The notes beneath the pieces are model-generated. The model saw only the letters and a list, made by a program, of their open reading frames with translations, was not told the DNA's origin and did not search any database. The position numbers and the translations under genes were made by a program. Shown piece after piece: positions 25,858 through 37,394 of a stretch of DNA of 64,000 nucleotides. Where the stretch lies: assembly GCA_964106915.2 (NCBI GenBank), contig OZ066914.1; one strand, given 5' to 3'. Position 1 is the first letter of the stretch; every line of letters begins with the position of its first letter. The stretch comes from Podarcis gaigeae. Lineage: Eukaryota.

Positions 25858-28800
25858 TCCTGTTGAAGATGAGGACTTATAGCTACCATACTAACAAGAA
25901 AGTTGCTTCTTCTGAACTAAGGATTGTTTAAAGTTTTCTGTTATCCTCCCCAACTATGGAGCAGACACCTGGGGTAAGTCTGAACACCTGGAAAGACTTG
26001 AGAAATTTGAGAGATGGAGAAAGTCTGTACCGGTCAGAGGCTTTCTCCTCCCACAGTGAGAAAGTTGCTACTTTATTCTACAGATGTTTGTCTGCTTGTG
26101 ATTTTACCTGTACATGAGGATTTCTAAGTGCTACAGGTGGGTGGGGTGGCCTGGGAAGGCAGTAAGTGCTTCTAAGTGGAAGGTCTTAATTCAAAAAGTT
26201 TGAGTGACACTGCCTTATTTACACATCTCTATCCAAAAGCCACCCAAGCACCTTCTAAGATAGTCCTCTGTTATTGATGTGTGAAAAAGTTCAGTTTGAG
26301 TCATTTGCATCTCCTCCAATAGGTCTGGAGTCCAATGGTGAGAGAAGGCAATTTTCCCCATACATACCAGGTGAATTCAAATTCTGTTTACCCAAGAAGT
26401 CACTGTGGCTGGCAGGAATTTTGATTTCCTTAACATCATTAATTAGCTTGGGTAATTCTTAGAACTACTAATTGCCCTATGCAAGACTTTCTGGTAAGTT
26501 AGACACCAGTGCAAACTTTCCAAATAAGACAAGAAAGGGAATTGTCTGTACAGAGAAGTTTCCAAGTGCAAATCCTCTTTCCTGACCGTATTGATGTTGG
26601 AGGTTCCCCACTCTCTCACACACACTTTTAAGTGAAATTGCACACTGGGCTAAAGAATCTAATACAACCAGTTTTTAAAACACACATGTAGTGTGGATAA
26701 AGGTGTGTATTAGTGCAGATGAGAACATGACTTCAATCCCAATCTCAGCCTGCATGTGCCCATGGCACATCTCACTATACCTGGGTTGGGGCAATGGCCT
26801 CTAGCTTTATCAAGCACACACGTAAACCCCCAAAGTAACTATGCAAGAAAAATAGGGTGTAATCTACGAGGAAACAAATGCAGTGTCAGCACCGCCAACG
26901 CTGTACAAAGCTGAGACCCAATGAACGTCAACTTGCCTATCAGAACAAAGCACAGGGGGCTGTTTACACACATGTACAAATGATATATGAGATTCTGGGC
27001 AAGGGAATTACAATGGGAAATGTTAAGGGCGAACAGGACTAGGGTACTCTAAAGGGTTGGTGTTTGGAACTGCAGGCAGGGTGGGCCTGTGTGGCAATTC
27101 TGCAGTGAAACAAGCATCAACTCTGATGCTACTTTGTAAGACAATTGATTTGGAGATTGTTTTCCAGGACTAAACATCAAGCTGCTGTCAACCTCTCATT
27201 TCTCTCGCCTTTGTCTCCAGCAAAGAAGTATGGATTGAGGAATGGGGCTGGCAAGCTGTTGGCTTCCAATGGCTCACTGGTGCCAGATGTTACCCCACAA
27301 ACGTTGTACTCCCTGGAGGTGCATGGCGGCTTGGTCGCTCTGCGGGATGAGGAGGGAAAGTACTTGACTGGGCGAGAGGGTAGCATGAGAACCGTAAAGA
27401 TGGACAAACCTGGACGGGAGGAACTCTTCAGCATGGAATCCAGCCCTGCCCAGGTCTCTATGCGCTCTTCTTCTACTAACAAGTTCATTTGCTGCAGGCC
27501 AGGTAAGTCAGGAGAAAACAGCACTATCTATATTGCATTGCACTTTGTGAAGCCTCTGAAGCTGATTGGCTGTTCCTGTCTGATGAGATAGAATGTTTGT
27601 GACCATTCCACCTGCTCAGAAAATGAGGCACAGTGGTAGTCCACATTCTGCAAGCAATGGGGCAGTTGTCAGTTTGGTTGGGTAAAACTGAGATAAGACT
27701 GACTCAGGAGGCAGGGTGAAGGCTGGGAGGAGTTCTTAGAAGGTAGGTAAGCTTAGATGCTGGGACCTCAGAGGCAAGATGGATGAAGAGAGGGTGCAGA
27801 AGTAAGAAGCAGGAAAAGTGCACATACAATTGAAGTAGCAAGGATCCAGTAAGATTACGGTCCCTGAAAAACCCCACAGCATTTCTTATTAAAAGTGGTG
27901 TGACAGAAGTTCTAGGGAAGCTTGCACGTGACGTTTTGTGCTCTTAAACCAGCCTGCTCCAAAGATAAAGATAGGAAGGTTCAAATGATCCTAGGTCAGC
28001 TGACACACAGACAATGCCCCCATTCTCTGCACGATGTTTTCCTCTTTCAATCCACAAAACACTGATTTTAGCCTGCAAGGATTGGGCAATGGCATATGTA
28101 GGAATGCTGACCTAGGGTGTTTCTTCCCTGCCCCCTGCAGGTGCTGATCTCTATGCCAATGCTATGGCTGTTGGCAACACAGAGATCTTCCAGGTGCTGT
28201 TTGATGACACCACAAAGAAGGTCTGCTTCCGTAGCCACAGCGGCGCATATATGTCCTTGGTGAGTGTGCCTGCCACGCGTTACGAGGAACAGCAGTGATC
28301 AGGCAGGACCTAACTATGTTTCCTAACTACGGAGGACGGCAGCTCGTAGGTGGTAGAGCACCTGCTTTGCATGCAGAAAGCCCCAAGCTTTTTTCAGCCA
28401 CAGCCACTCATTCCAGTCTTGTCCCCAACCTCCTTCCGACTATATTCTACAATGGGCAACACTGAGACTAAGGAGGGAGGAAGCTGACAGGCAGTCCCAC
28501 CCCACGACTGGTTGTGAGAATGTGGGGACTGATCAAGGGCAGATTGAGGATGGTGGGGCAGGGCCCCTTTTGCCCAAGTGGATCAGCCTCCACTGGATAC
28601 ATCTGTGCCCAGATTGTGGTGCACCAACTTAATCTGGAATTATTTTAAATGTGAGCAAGGAGGTGGGTGAGCTGCATCCTCGACACGTGGCTGCGAGCAT
28701 TCACAAAAATTGTGGCCTGGTTCAAAAAACAAAACAACTTAAGCTTGAAACTTGATGTAGTAGAGGCTTTGCCACCTCAGGTGTTCACCAGCTCTCCCCA

Positions 28801-31800
28801 GATGAAGAAGATATATCTGCGCCGTGTGTGTATTAATACAGAAAGGCAGGCTGCAAATCAAGAGGATAATAATATAGCAAGCAGGGAACTGATAAAAGGA
28901 GGCTTGTTAAATAGCAGTAGATAGCTCTTGGTCCTGGACTTGTTTGTTAATGTTAGTAAGGACTGTCTTAGTCCTTTTCCAAAACATTTTTGTCAACTTT
29001 AGTGCAGGTGGGGGGAGTTACTCTATTCTACAAAGCAAAGCAGGGCATTATACACAATCCTCCTTGTGAAAAAGTGGGAAAAAAATATTGTACACTGAGG
29101 ATGGAGAACCTGTGGCTCTCGAGTTGTTGTACTCAAATGCCTATCGTCCTTGATCATTGGCTGGCAGTTATTACTCCAACATCTTCAGGGCCTCAGGTTT
29201 CTCATCCCTGCCACAGATGAAATATGTAAGAGTTCAGTAGGAATGCACAACTTCCTGAACAACCTCTTAACCTCTTAAGAGAAAGCTAACAGCTTAAGCC
29301 TGGAGGGCTGGAGACATCTTTTTCAGGTCTGCTATTCACTTACCTGGGAGTAAAACTTACTTATAAGTAGAGTTGAAGGTGATCTTCTGGCTGCATTGTT
29401 GTTCATGGTGTGCACATACACTATCTGCTATGGACCATGGTCAGAAATTTTACAGATTTTTGTTGTGCTTCAAAACTTATACTGTCTACATCTAACATAC
29501 CATTTAGAAATATTAATAGTTTGGCTTCAGTCTGGGCTATGGTTCACATAGTGCAACTTGAAGTGTGAAGTCAACAATAAAGTGGCTTTGAATAAAGCCA
29601 AGGTCCACCACCATCCCTATCTTGCTGATGCTAGAAACCCTCCACTTTTGGAGGTAACTACTGCTGGATGTGGGTGGCGCTGTGGGTTAAACCACAGAGC
29701 CTAGGACTTGCTGATCAGAAGGTCGGCGGTTCGAATCCCCACGATGGGGTGAGCTCCCGTTGCTCGGTCCCTGCTCCTGCCAACCTAGCAGTTCAAAAGC
29801 ATGTCAAAGTGCAAGTAGATAAATAGGTACCGTTCCGGCGGGAAGGTAAACGGCGTTTCCGTGCACTGCTCTGGTTCGCCAGAAGCGGCTTAGTCATGCT
29901 GGCCACATGACCCGGAAGCTGTACGCCGGCTCCCTTGGCCAATAAAGCGAGATGAGCGCCACAAACCCAGAGTCTGTCATGACTGGACCTAATGGTCAGG
30001 GGTCCCTTTACCTTTACTGCTGGACTAACCTCCCTGGTATTGAGATGCTCATGCATTGCTGTACTCTTGTGTTGTATCACCCACCACAATGGGATTCTCA
30101 GTCTTGATGCAGCACACAATACCTTCCACTGAAAATATATCAACATGGATCTCAGAACGTAGCTGATAAAGGGACTGCAGCAGGAGGTTTCTATCAGACA
30201 AAGTAAGCCGAAAGCACAAAAAGCACTTTCCAACGAATGCATCCTGTCTTTTGCAGGGTCCTAATGACTGTATTAACAGCAACACTAAACAGGACAGGAA
30301 TGTCTGGTTCGACATCCAGTACCAAGACCAAAAGGTGTGTCTCCGCATAGCAGACAAGCAAGTGTCCATGCGGCCCAATGGACAGCTCCTGGCAATTCCC
30401 AAAGCTGCAGGTACAAGTTGGTAGAGAGCTTCTCTTACAAGCACCAGGGCATCAGTGTGGACAGGTGAAGACAGCTAGGGTGGGAAGAGAGACTGCACAC
30501 TGCCAGCTGCAAATTAGCTTTAGGTAGTTCTAGGGGAAAGGAATGGAAGCGACAGCCTTGCCCTAAGTCCCTAGATAGCCCTCTAGAGGAATAATGTGGG
30601 GAAAGTGTATGCACAGAAACCAGGCTGTCCCTGGATATAAAATTGGAACATGGGGAGCCAACCTTAAGCTCATCCCATGAAATGGCTTTTTAGACACCTC
30701 AAGGGCTTCTTGTTGGAAACCTGCAACCAAAACTTTCATAATCTTGCTCCTGCAAGATGGAATGAGTTCTGTTTACACTCCCTTCCTTACACTTTGGAGT
30801 AGCTAACATCACTACAAATACAGCCTAGATGAAAGAGAAAAAAACACCCTAAGACTCACTAAAACACTGCCCCTCTGTGCATATAATCCTGGCCCCCAGA
30901 ACTGCATACCAAGTAGGTTGACACTGCTTCTGTAATATGATCTGGGAAGCAGTCAGAGAATGAGTTCCAGTTTGGGGAGAACCACCACCAGAAATAGCTG
31001 TGCAGTTGTTGTCCATAGTGGTTACTTGAATGAACTTTGGGGCAAATGCCACTGACAGTAGAAATCGAGATAAAACCCAAGGGAAGAACAGTATTTGAAG
31101 TCCAAGCCATTAAAAGCTTTCTGTGCCATAAACAGCACCTTGAATCAAGTCGGAAAGACTAGAGGGAGACATTGTGAATTCTGGGCCCCTGTTACAACAC
31201 TCAGCCTGGCTTCTCAGTGTGGGGCGATTTCTCCTGATCTTTAGCACTGAGGTTGACTTTCCCTGGGGAGCTGATTCCCTCTTGAGAGCAAAAGGAAGGG
31301 TGGCAAAATAGTTCTCTTTGAAAGCCAGGTGCGGCCAATGCAAAAGGTTTCCCTTGTACCTTCAGGGAAGAGTGAAGATTTCCTGCTGGTGCTGGTGAAC
31401 CGGCCACTGCTTGTCCTGCACAGTGATGCCGGCTACGTGGGTCTGTGTTCTGACATGAGGAAGTTGGAAGGGAACTGCGTCAGCTATGTTGCCAGCAGCC
31501 TGTCGCTCACCGAGGAAGGCTACTACAACTTCCAAGTTGGTTAGTATGTTTCCAGGTGGGACTAAGTATATTCCAAGGGGTTGGGGTCTCCTAGTATCTG
31601 TGTTGCGAGAGAAACATGACCTACTCGTAAATGGGAGCTGCCATCAAAGGATTTTTATAAAAACAAGCCTAGTTTATACGTAGCCATAAGAGGGAGCCAA
31701 AACTTGCTTTCCCAAACCAAAACAATGCAAGAGAGCGCATCATCACTATTTTCCCCCCTTTGCCATTTGTTTTGCTCCATGACCCCTGGACAATAGTTTC

Positions 31801-32328
31801 CTAGGCCCAATTGAGGATAAACTACTGTTCAGGTTGGATGGCCATCTGTCATGGTTGATTTAGCTGTGATTCCTGTGTTGCAGGGCGTTGGACTAGATGA
31901 CCCCCAGGGTCCCTTCCAACTCTATTATTCTAGGTGTCGGTCATGTTTTCACTTTATACATGGTTTCTTTCTAAACCATACCTAGTATTGCCATGACAAG
32001 CACATCCTAATTACCTGTCATTCTTTTACCTTGTAAAAGTCGGAGAGATCCAAGAGCTGGTCTTGCCACGCCTCTACCTTCCCTGACCCTCACCCTTCCT
32101 TCCACTAATTCTGCCACTTGACTTGCAGGCAGCAAGTACTGGGCTCTGGATAACGATGGACAGATCTTGGTAAACAGTGACCGTCCCAGCAATTTCACCA
32201 TCCAGTTTGCATCCTCCAGCTGCCTGATCATCAAAGCACCCAACAACAAGTTTTTTGTGGCTGAGCAAGGAGGCCGACTATGGGCAGGGGCTTCAGACGC
32301 ATCTGGAGCAACACTGTTCCATTTCTGA
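24342..32328 (+). CDS. Fascin-family actin-bundling protein (divergent fascin-like, 494 aa, 7 coding exons)
   Basis: Exons 24342..24647, 25418..25667, 27221..27502, 28141..28259, 30257..30410, 31366..31539 and 32129..32328 total 1485 nt, with no internal stop and six GT-AG introns in matching phases (0,1,1,0,1,1). Fascin motifs: FGLVNAANRYLTAEPF, RYLAADANGKVTC, RYLGGAEENVTCFAQ, EKWTLHLAVHPNV, RKRY, DRDMPWG, LRDEEGKYL, GREELF, DLYAN, LVNRPLLVL, ATLFHF-stop. Kozak caccATG with an in-frame upstream stop at 24273; AATAAA at 32355. Confidence 0.93.
25802..25852. repeat. (AC)n microsatellite
   Basis: Read directly; fascin-like intron 2. Confidence 0.95.
29666..30016 (+). mobile_element. Full-length Sauria-type SINE in fascin-like intron 4
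   Basis: tRNA-like head (GGTGGCGCTGTGGGTTAAA...GGTTCGAATCCC) and (ACCTTT) tail GGTCCCTTTACCTTTA. Flanking direct repeat TACTGCTGGA at 29659..29668 and 30015..30024. Confidence 0.88.
31830..31932 (+). mobile_element. CR1 LINE 3' end fragment
   Basis: GTTGGACTAGATGACCCCCAGGGTCCCTTCCAACTCTATTATTCT is a typical CR1 3' terminus. Confidence 0.7.
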
Positions 32329-32354
32329 GAGAATCTGACCTTGCTCTTCCCACC

Positions 32355-32360
32355 AATAAA
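32355..32360 (+). terminator. Poly(A) signal of the fascin-like gene
   Basis: AATAAA 27 nt after the TGA, followed by a U/GU-rich tract (ctttttctgtgtgg). Confidence 0.7.
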
Positions 32361-33363
32361 CTTTTTCTGTGTGGGCTTACTTCATGCTTATCTCAACTAA
32401 TGCCCAATTGGCCCATGTGTTAGACCTCTTGGAAATGACCCTTCCTCCGTAGATCCTCCCTCACACAGGGCATACTTGAACTCTAAATGAAAGCTCTGCT
32501 ACCTACAGCAGACCCAAGCCAGGACCCTTTCATGTGAATTTCCTTACGCAAAAACTTTCTGTGCCTATGAGGTCCCTTCTGAACTGCCTTCATGCAGCTA
32601 GGATGATTTGCAAAGCCTCAGTTATCTTAAAGATGTGTACCTCTCTTCAGCCCAAGAGGGGTCCCCATGCTTCTAGGAGCACTGTTGTTCTCCCAGCGTA
32701 CCAATGTTTGTCTGAAGCTCCACATAGCTACAGTAGTTTAAAAATAAATATTTATTCCAAGGATGCAGTAGAAAACCAAGTATCACAAATTATCATTACA
32801 CACCAATAACAACACTGATTTGGGGGGAAGCGGCACAAGGCCTGCTGCCCTTATCCCTACCCCCATTCAGGAGGAGGGCACAGGAGGTAACACAACAATT
32901 AGGGAGGATGAGCAAGACTGCCCTCCTGAGTCACTGCACACATGCTAGAGTCTTGAGTTGTTAGAATGTACCACGCTGGGGAATTCAGAGGACACACCAG
33001 CTGCAGGCAAAGTCTGATTATTAGGTGGCATTCACTGGCCCATAGTCTTTTGACTTGCGAGAGTCAATTACCCAAGGTACAATGTTGGAATGGATCAATC
33101 GCCGCCCTCCAGGAGGATTGCAAGCTTAGTTAGGGTGGGTGGGTTTGTCATCTCATGAAAACTGTTTCCAGACACTGGAGACCCTGCTAATGGTGCTCTA
33201 CCTGAATGAGCTTGAAATGAGAAGTTGAGCCGCCTTCTTTCAGCTTATTGGGGGAATTGGACCCACACCTCATCTTGTTCCAGCCACAGAAATGGAGGGT
33301 TCATGCAGCCTCTCTCCAATCTGAAGAGCACACGGTTCCATACATTGCAGCCCACAAAGGTTC

Positions 33364-36300
33364 TCAGTAAGAGTCCAAGCTGCAGAAAATAGAGAGCGAA
33401 ACGTGAGGATCTTAGAAACAGCGACAGCAAATACCTCAGCCTTCTTACCCAATTTACAGTGGAACAGACTGAACACCTATTCCAAGGATGGGGAACCTGC
33501 AGCCCTCCAGATGTTGGAATCCAACTCCCACCATGGCCAATAGTCAGTGATGATTGAAGTTGTCTAGCAACATCTGGGGAGCCCATGTTCTATTCCATTG
33601 ATTCCCCTGTTTGAAGAAATAATCCAACCAACATAAATATATGATAAGCCACCTGTGCAATTTAGCATTACATCATTGAGCCTGAATCAATCAGAAAAAG
33701 AACGTCAAACTTGCATGTTCTCCCACAACAGCCAAGGAGGACTTCAGCAGGATTTTATGTTCTCTATTTAATTCTACTTTTAAAGAATCCTAGCTTAGCA
33801 TTATGTCTGAACTAGGAATCCTGGTTTAAAACTCTGGTAAGTGCCATAATAAATCAACTTCACACTATGGGTTATGAATTTGGCTTCTTAAACTGATCAG
33901 AGTTACAGTATACCAATTTCCAGAGAGTATAACAGAAAGGTTTGCATTCAACACAGCGCTAAGAAGAAAAATTTCTCCTTGTGCAATTGAACATTTTCCC
34001 CACCTGCATGCCCCTTAAATCTGCTCTGGGAATGGCATAGGGCACAGAAGTCCCACTGTACTAATATTAATCCTTGCACTAATGTGGATACTTGGTTGAA
34101 TATTGTCCAAGGCTAAGCTAACACATTTATTACAGCTTAAGCTAGTCCATGAAAACTTATGCCATAACTAATTTGATGCTTTTTAATGTGCCACAGGACT
34201 TTTGTTGTTTTAAACCAGGATTCTTGGTTCCAACATGATGCTAAGTGGGGATTTAAAAGTGAAAGTAAATCCTTCCAAGTCCTCCCAGCCATAAAGGAAG
34301 AGGATATGGGGACTCACACACGAGCCTGAAACTTCACTTAGCACTAAACCCAACATTACCAGTCAGTGTCTTAAAAAACAAAATCTAATCAATGCACATA
34401 AAAAAATATTTCCATAAAATACCATAATGGTAGGCAAGTAAAGTACCTGGAGAAGGCAGCCAGAGTGAGAACACCCAGTAACAGCTCCACAGCATAGAAG
34501 AGGAGGAGGATAGCATTAAGGATGGCCTCCAGCCGCAGAGCATAAGTCTGCAGCAGCAGATAATAGGCTGCCATCACTGCTGCTGGAAAGGTTAAAGCCA
34601 GACTGATAGCAAGTGGCACTTTCCGTTGACAGAGGTTCCCTTTTGAGCCTGCCGTACACAGCAAATATGAAAAAGAAAATGTATAGACCTGTTCAGCATA
34701 AAAGCCACAATATTTGGAATCTGAGGGCACAAAATGAATAGTTCTACTTTTCAGGGATCAGTTCTCATTTAACTAAATAAGTTAAAAAATTGTCCAGTAG
34801 CACCTTTGAGACCAACTAAGTTTGTTCTGGGTATAAGCTTTTGTGTGCATGCATACTTCTTCAGATACACTGAAAGAGAAGTCACTAGACCTTTATATAG
34901 AATGGGAGGTGGGTTGGAGTATTTCTCGGAAGGGTAGTAGGCGATGGGTGATTGGCTCAATGGGCATGGTAAACCTGTTGACGACAGTGAACAATTTTTT
35001 AAATTTTTTTAAAAATATTTTTTTTAAAAACAAATTATTTATTTCAACTGCATCAGACCAACACAGCTATCTACCTGAATCAAGAATCATTTAACTGAGA
35101 ATAAGGAATGGGATTTTGCATTTAACATTTGTACTGTAGTTCATAAGCTAGTCTCAGGTCAGGAAGGACAGTCAGACTGGATGAATGGGATCTCATATTT
35201 CCACCCACATAATGTTGTCTTGCCTCCTACCTACTCCCGAATTAGGGAATGTACCACAGAGCCCCTTTTTCAGCCTTTGGGCATCATTTCATTGGAGGCA
35301 CCTATTCCAGTTCAGCAGAATAATTAGGAAGGCCTGGAATGATGGGAGTGAAGGCACTGTCAGCAATTTACACTCTGCTCAACTACTCTACTCTCAAACA
35401 CCTTTGCTGTTGGAGAAGCAGAATTTATCAATGAGTGAACCACCACAACAACAATAATAAATTTTATTCATATCCTGCCCATCTGGCTGGGTTTCCCCAG
35501 GAGTCATCTTTTCAGGTCAAGTGCCATCAAAGATACTCACAAAATGGCAGGGGAGTGCACTACTCGTAAGAACATTTTTATTGAATACTCACCAAAAAAT
35601 ATCCGGGTCACTTCAATCCCAAGATAGAGAAAAAGCATAATCAGGTCCAAAGCCAAATTGGCAGAGGGGTAGGGCAACAGGAGTCCTAAGTGGGTGCAGA
35701 AATGGACACATGCATTAAGAGAACAGCAAAGCAACAAACACTGGGACATGGTTCTGAAAAAGGCTGTGAACTCTCACGCAGCTAGGTGAGAAATAAATAA
35801 TTACACTATCCACTTTGTTCTTTCACTTTCTTCAGGTGAGAGCCACAAGGTCAACGCGTAAAAAAACCCCTTCTGCAGGCAACCCAAACACATCATCCCT
35901 TCAAAGACTCACCTTTATAGACAAATATGAAAATCTCCAGCAGAAAATATGTTGCGTAATACCAGCCATTGAGGAACAGGAGAATCTCCAGAGGGGTGGA
36001 GGAGAGCTGGCGATCTAGGGGGTGAAACCAGAACATGATTATCTATGGGGTACACATTTTGTGTTCCACTCTCACCTTCTCTCAAAGAGGAGCAGTACAA
36101 ACTTTCTTGAGAGACTATATAAGGGTTCATGTACAATTCATCTTGTCCCCCTGCTTTCCAGCAGAATCAGAGCCAATGGCAATTCTGGTTTTCCCAGGAC
36201 TGCCATTTGTTCCAATCTATCCCAAGGTGGGTTTTCGGAAATGAGCAAGGCAAAGGGTGTGAGTCAAGCAGAAACTGCTGCTAAGAAGCCAAGCAGCAAT

Positions 36301-37070
36301 GAGGTCTCAGTTCTGTTCTAAACTCAGAGGTGAAGATTGTCAAAATGGAAGCCCTGAGATGACAACAGCCATTAGGGGACGCCAATATTCGTACTGGGCT
36401 CGACAAGGACAGAAAACACAAGCCCTGTGTGCAGCCACTCTCCATTTCGCCTTTCTTGTATTTGCACTGGACGTTGTAAGCTCAAAATTGCGATGCTGCG
36501 GCCTCACCACCTTAGCGTGGAACCTCAGCACATGGTCTAACATACCTCAGGCAAAGGGAAACCAACCAGCAGCAGAGAATAAAAACCCTAACACACCGAT
36601 CTGAACCCCTTGGAAGGGTCCAAAACCCCGTATTTGGGCAGCTTTATGCTAGGAGAGGGTTGCGAAGGGGCAGCCTCCCGCAGGACGTAGCGCCGAGTCT
36701 ACCACCCTCCTCTGGCAGGATGGTTTTTTCTGGGGGAGCTCAGCGCGAGAGTGAGCCAAGAGGCCCCGCACCAGGCTCTGGGGACCCGGGGGCCACTCTG
36801 CCTCCTTCCCCTTCGCTCCGGCTATTCCTCCCGCCTGGGGAGCGCTTGGCGGGATGCCGTCGGATCCCCGCCGTCGCTGCCGGGCTGCAGCCGGAGCCCG
36901 GTTCCCGTCCCTGCTGCTGGGCTCGGGGTGTCCTGGGCGGCGGGCCGGGCGAGCGGGGTGGGAATCAAGAAGAGCCGAGCCTTCCACGGGGATCAGTCGC
37001 GGTCACGTGACCTCGCAGCCCCCAGGACCCTAGAACGCTGCCGGGACCCCGACTTACTGCGAGGCGCCAT
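33364..37070 (-). CDS. TMEM216: Transmembrane protein 216 (ciliary transition zone), 141 aa
   Basis: Exons 37058..37070 (MAPR), 35913..36014 (QLSSTPLEILLFLNGWYYATYFLLEIFIFVYK), 35593..35685 (LLLPYPSANLALDLIMLFLYLGIEVTRIFF), 34447..34648 (SKGNLCQRKVPL...LTLAAFS) and 33364..33379 (SLDSY*). All introns GT-AG. Poly(A) signal on the minus strand at 32751..32756. Confidence 0.95.
34785..35085. mobile_element. Penelope-like retroelement fragment
   Basis: GTCCAGTAGCACCTTTGAGACCAACTAAGTTTGTTCTGGGTATAAGCTTTTGTGTGCATGCATACTTCTTCAGATAC resembles squamate Penelope terminal sequence (from memory). Confidence 0.5.
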
Positions 37071-37075
37071 CTTCC

Positions 37076-37394
37076 ATCGCCATGGAAACCGCTACGCAGG
37101 AAACCCACTTCCGGCGGAGCTCACGGCACGAAAGCGGGAGAGGGCGGAGTGGCGCGCAGCGTTCGCGGAGGCATAAAGGTCTGGGTTGGTGAGGCGCACG
37201 CTCGCTCCCTCGCTCCCAGCACGTTAGACCGAATGGACGCAGAGCAGAGCCGCTCTATCCCTCGACTCTTTGTGCCGGAAGACCCGTTAGAAAGGCAAAA
37301 AGCTCCATGCGATACCGGATATCAGAGCCGCGTCTCTTTGGGGCGGAGGCCCAGATTCCGAGCGGGGACGGCGTCGCCTCGTTTCCATGGTAAC
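37076..37394. promoter_or_regulatory. TMEM216 CpG promoter with two RFX X-boxes
   Basis: GTTTCCATGGTAAC at 37381..37394 is a near-perfect X-box; GTTTCCATGGCGAT lies on the minus strand at 37076..37089. ETS CTTCCGG near 37108 and YY1-like AAGATGGCG over the ATG. Confidence 0.75.

Noticed and set aside
29670-29745. tRNA-like A/B boxes here and at about 63660..63730
   Set aside because: SINE heads; no complete cloverleaf.
29793-30242. Paired similar ORFs at 29793..30242 and 57533..57877
   Set aside because: Both are translations of the same SINE family, not duplicated genes.
24342-32328. Calling the fascin gene FSCN1, FSCN2 or FSCN3, or a pseudogene
   Set aside because: Synteny and divergence do not support a symbol without a tree. 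It has no stops or frameshifts and keeps introns, so it is neither a processed nor an obviously disabled copy.
33245-33320. Alternative TMEM216 last-exon acceptor giving a longer tail (RLERGCMNPP...)
   Set aside because: The acceptor at 33379 has a much stronger pyrimidine tract, comes first and gives a short tail like the human one.
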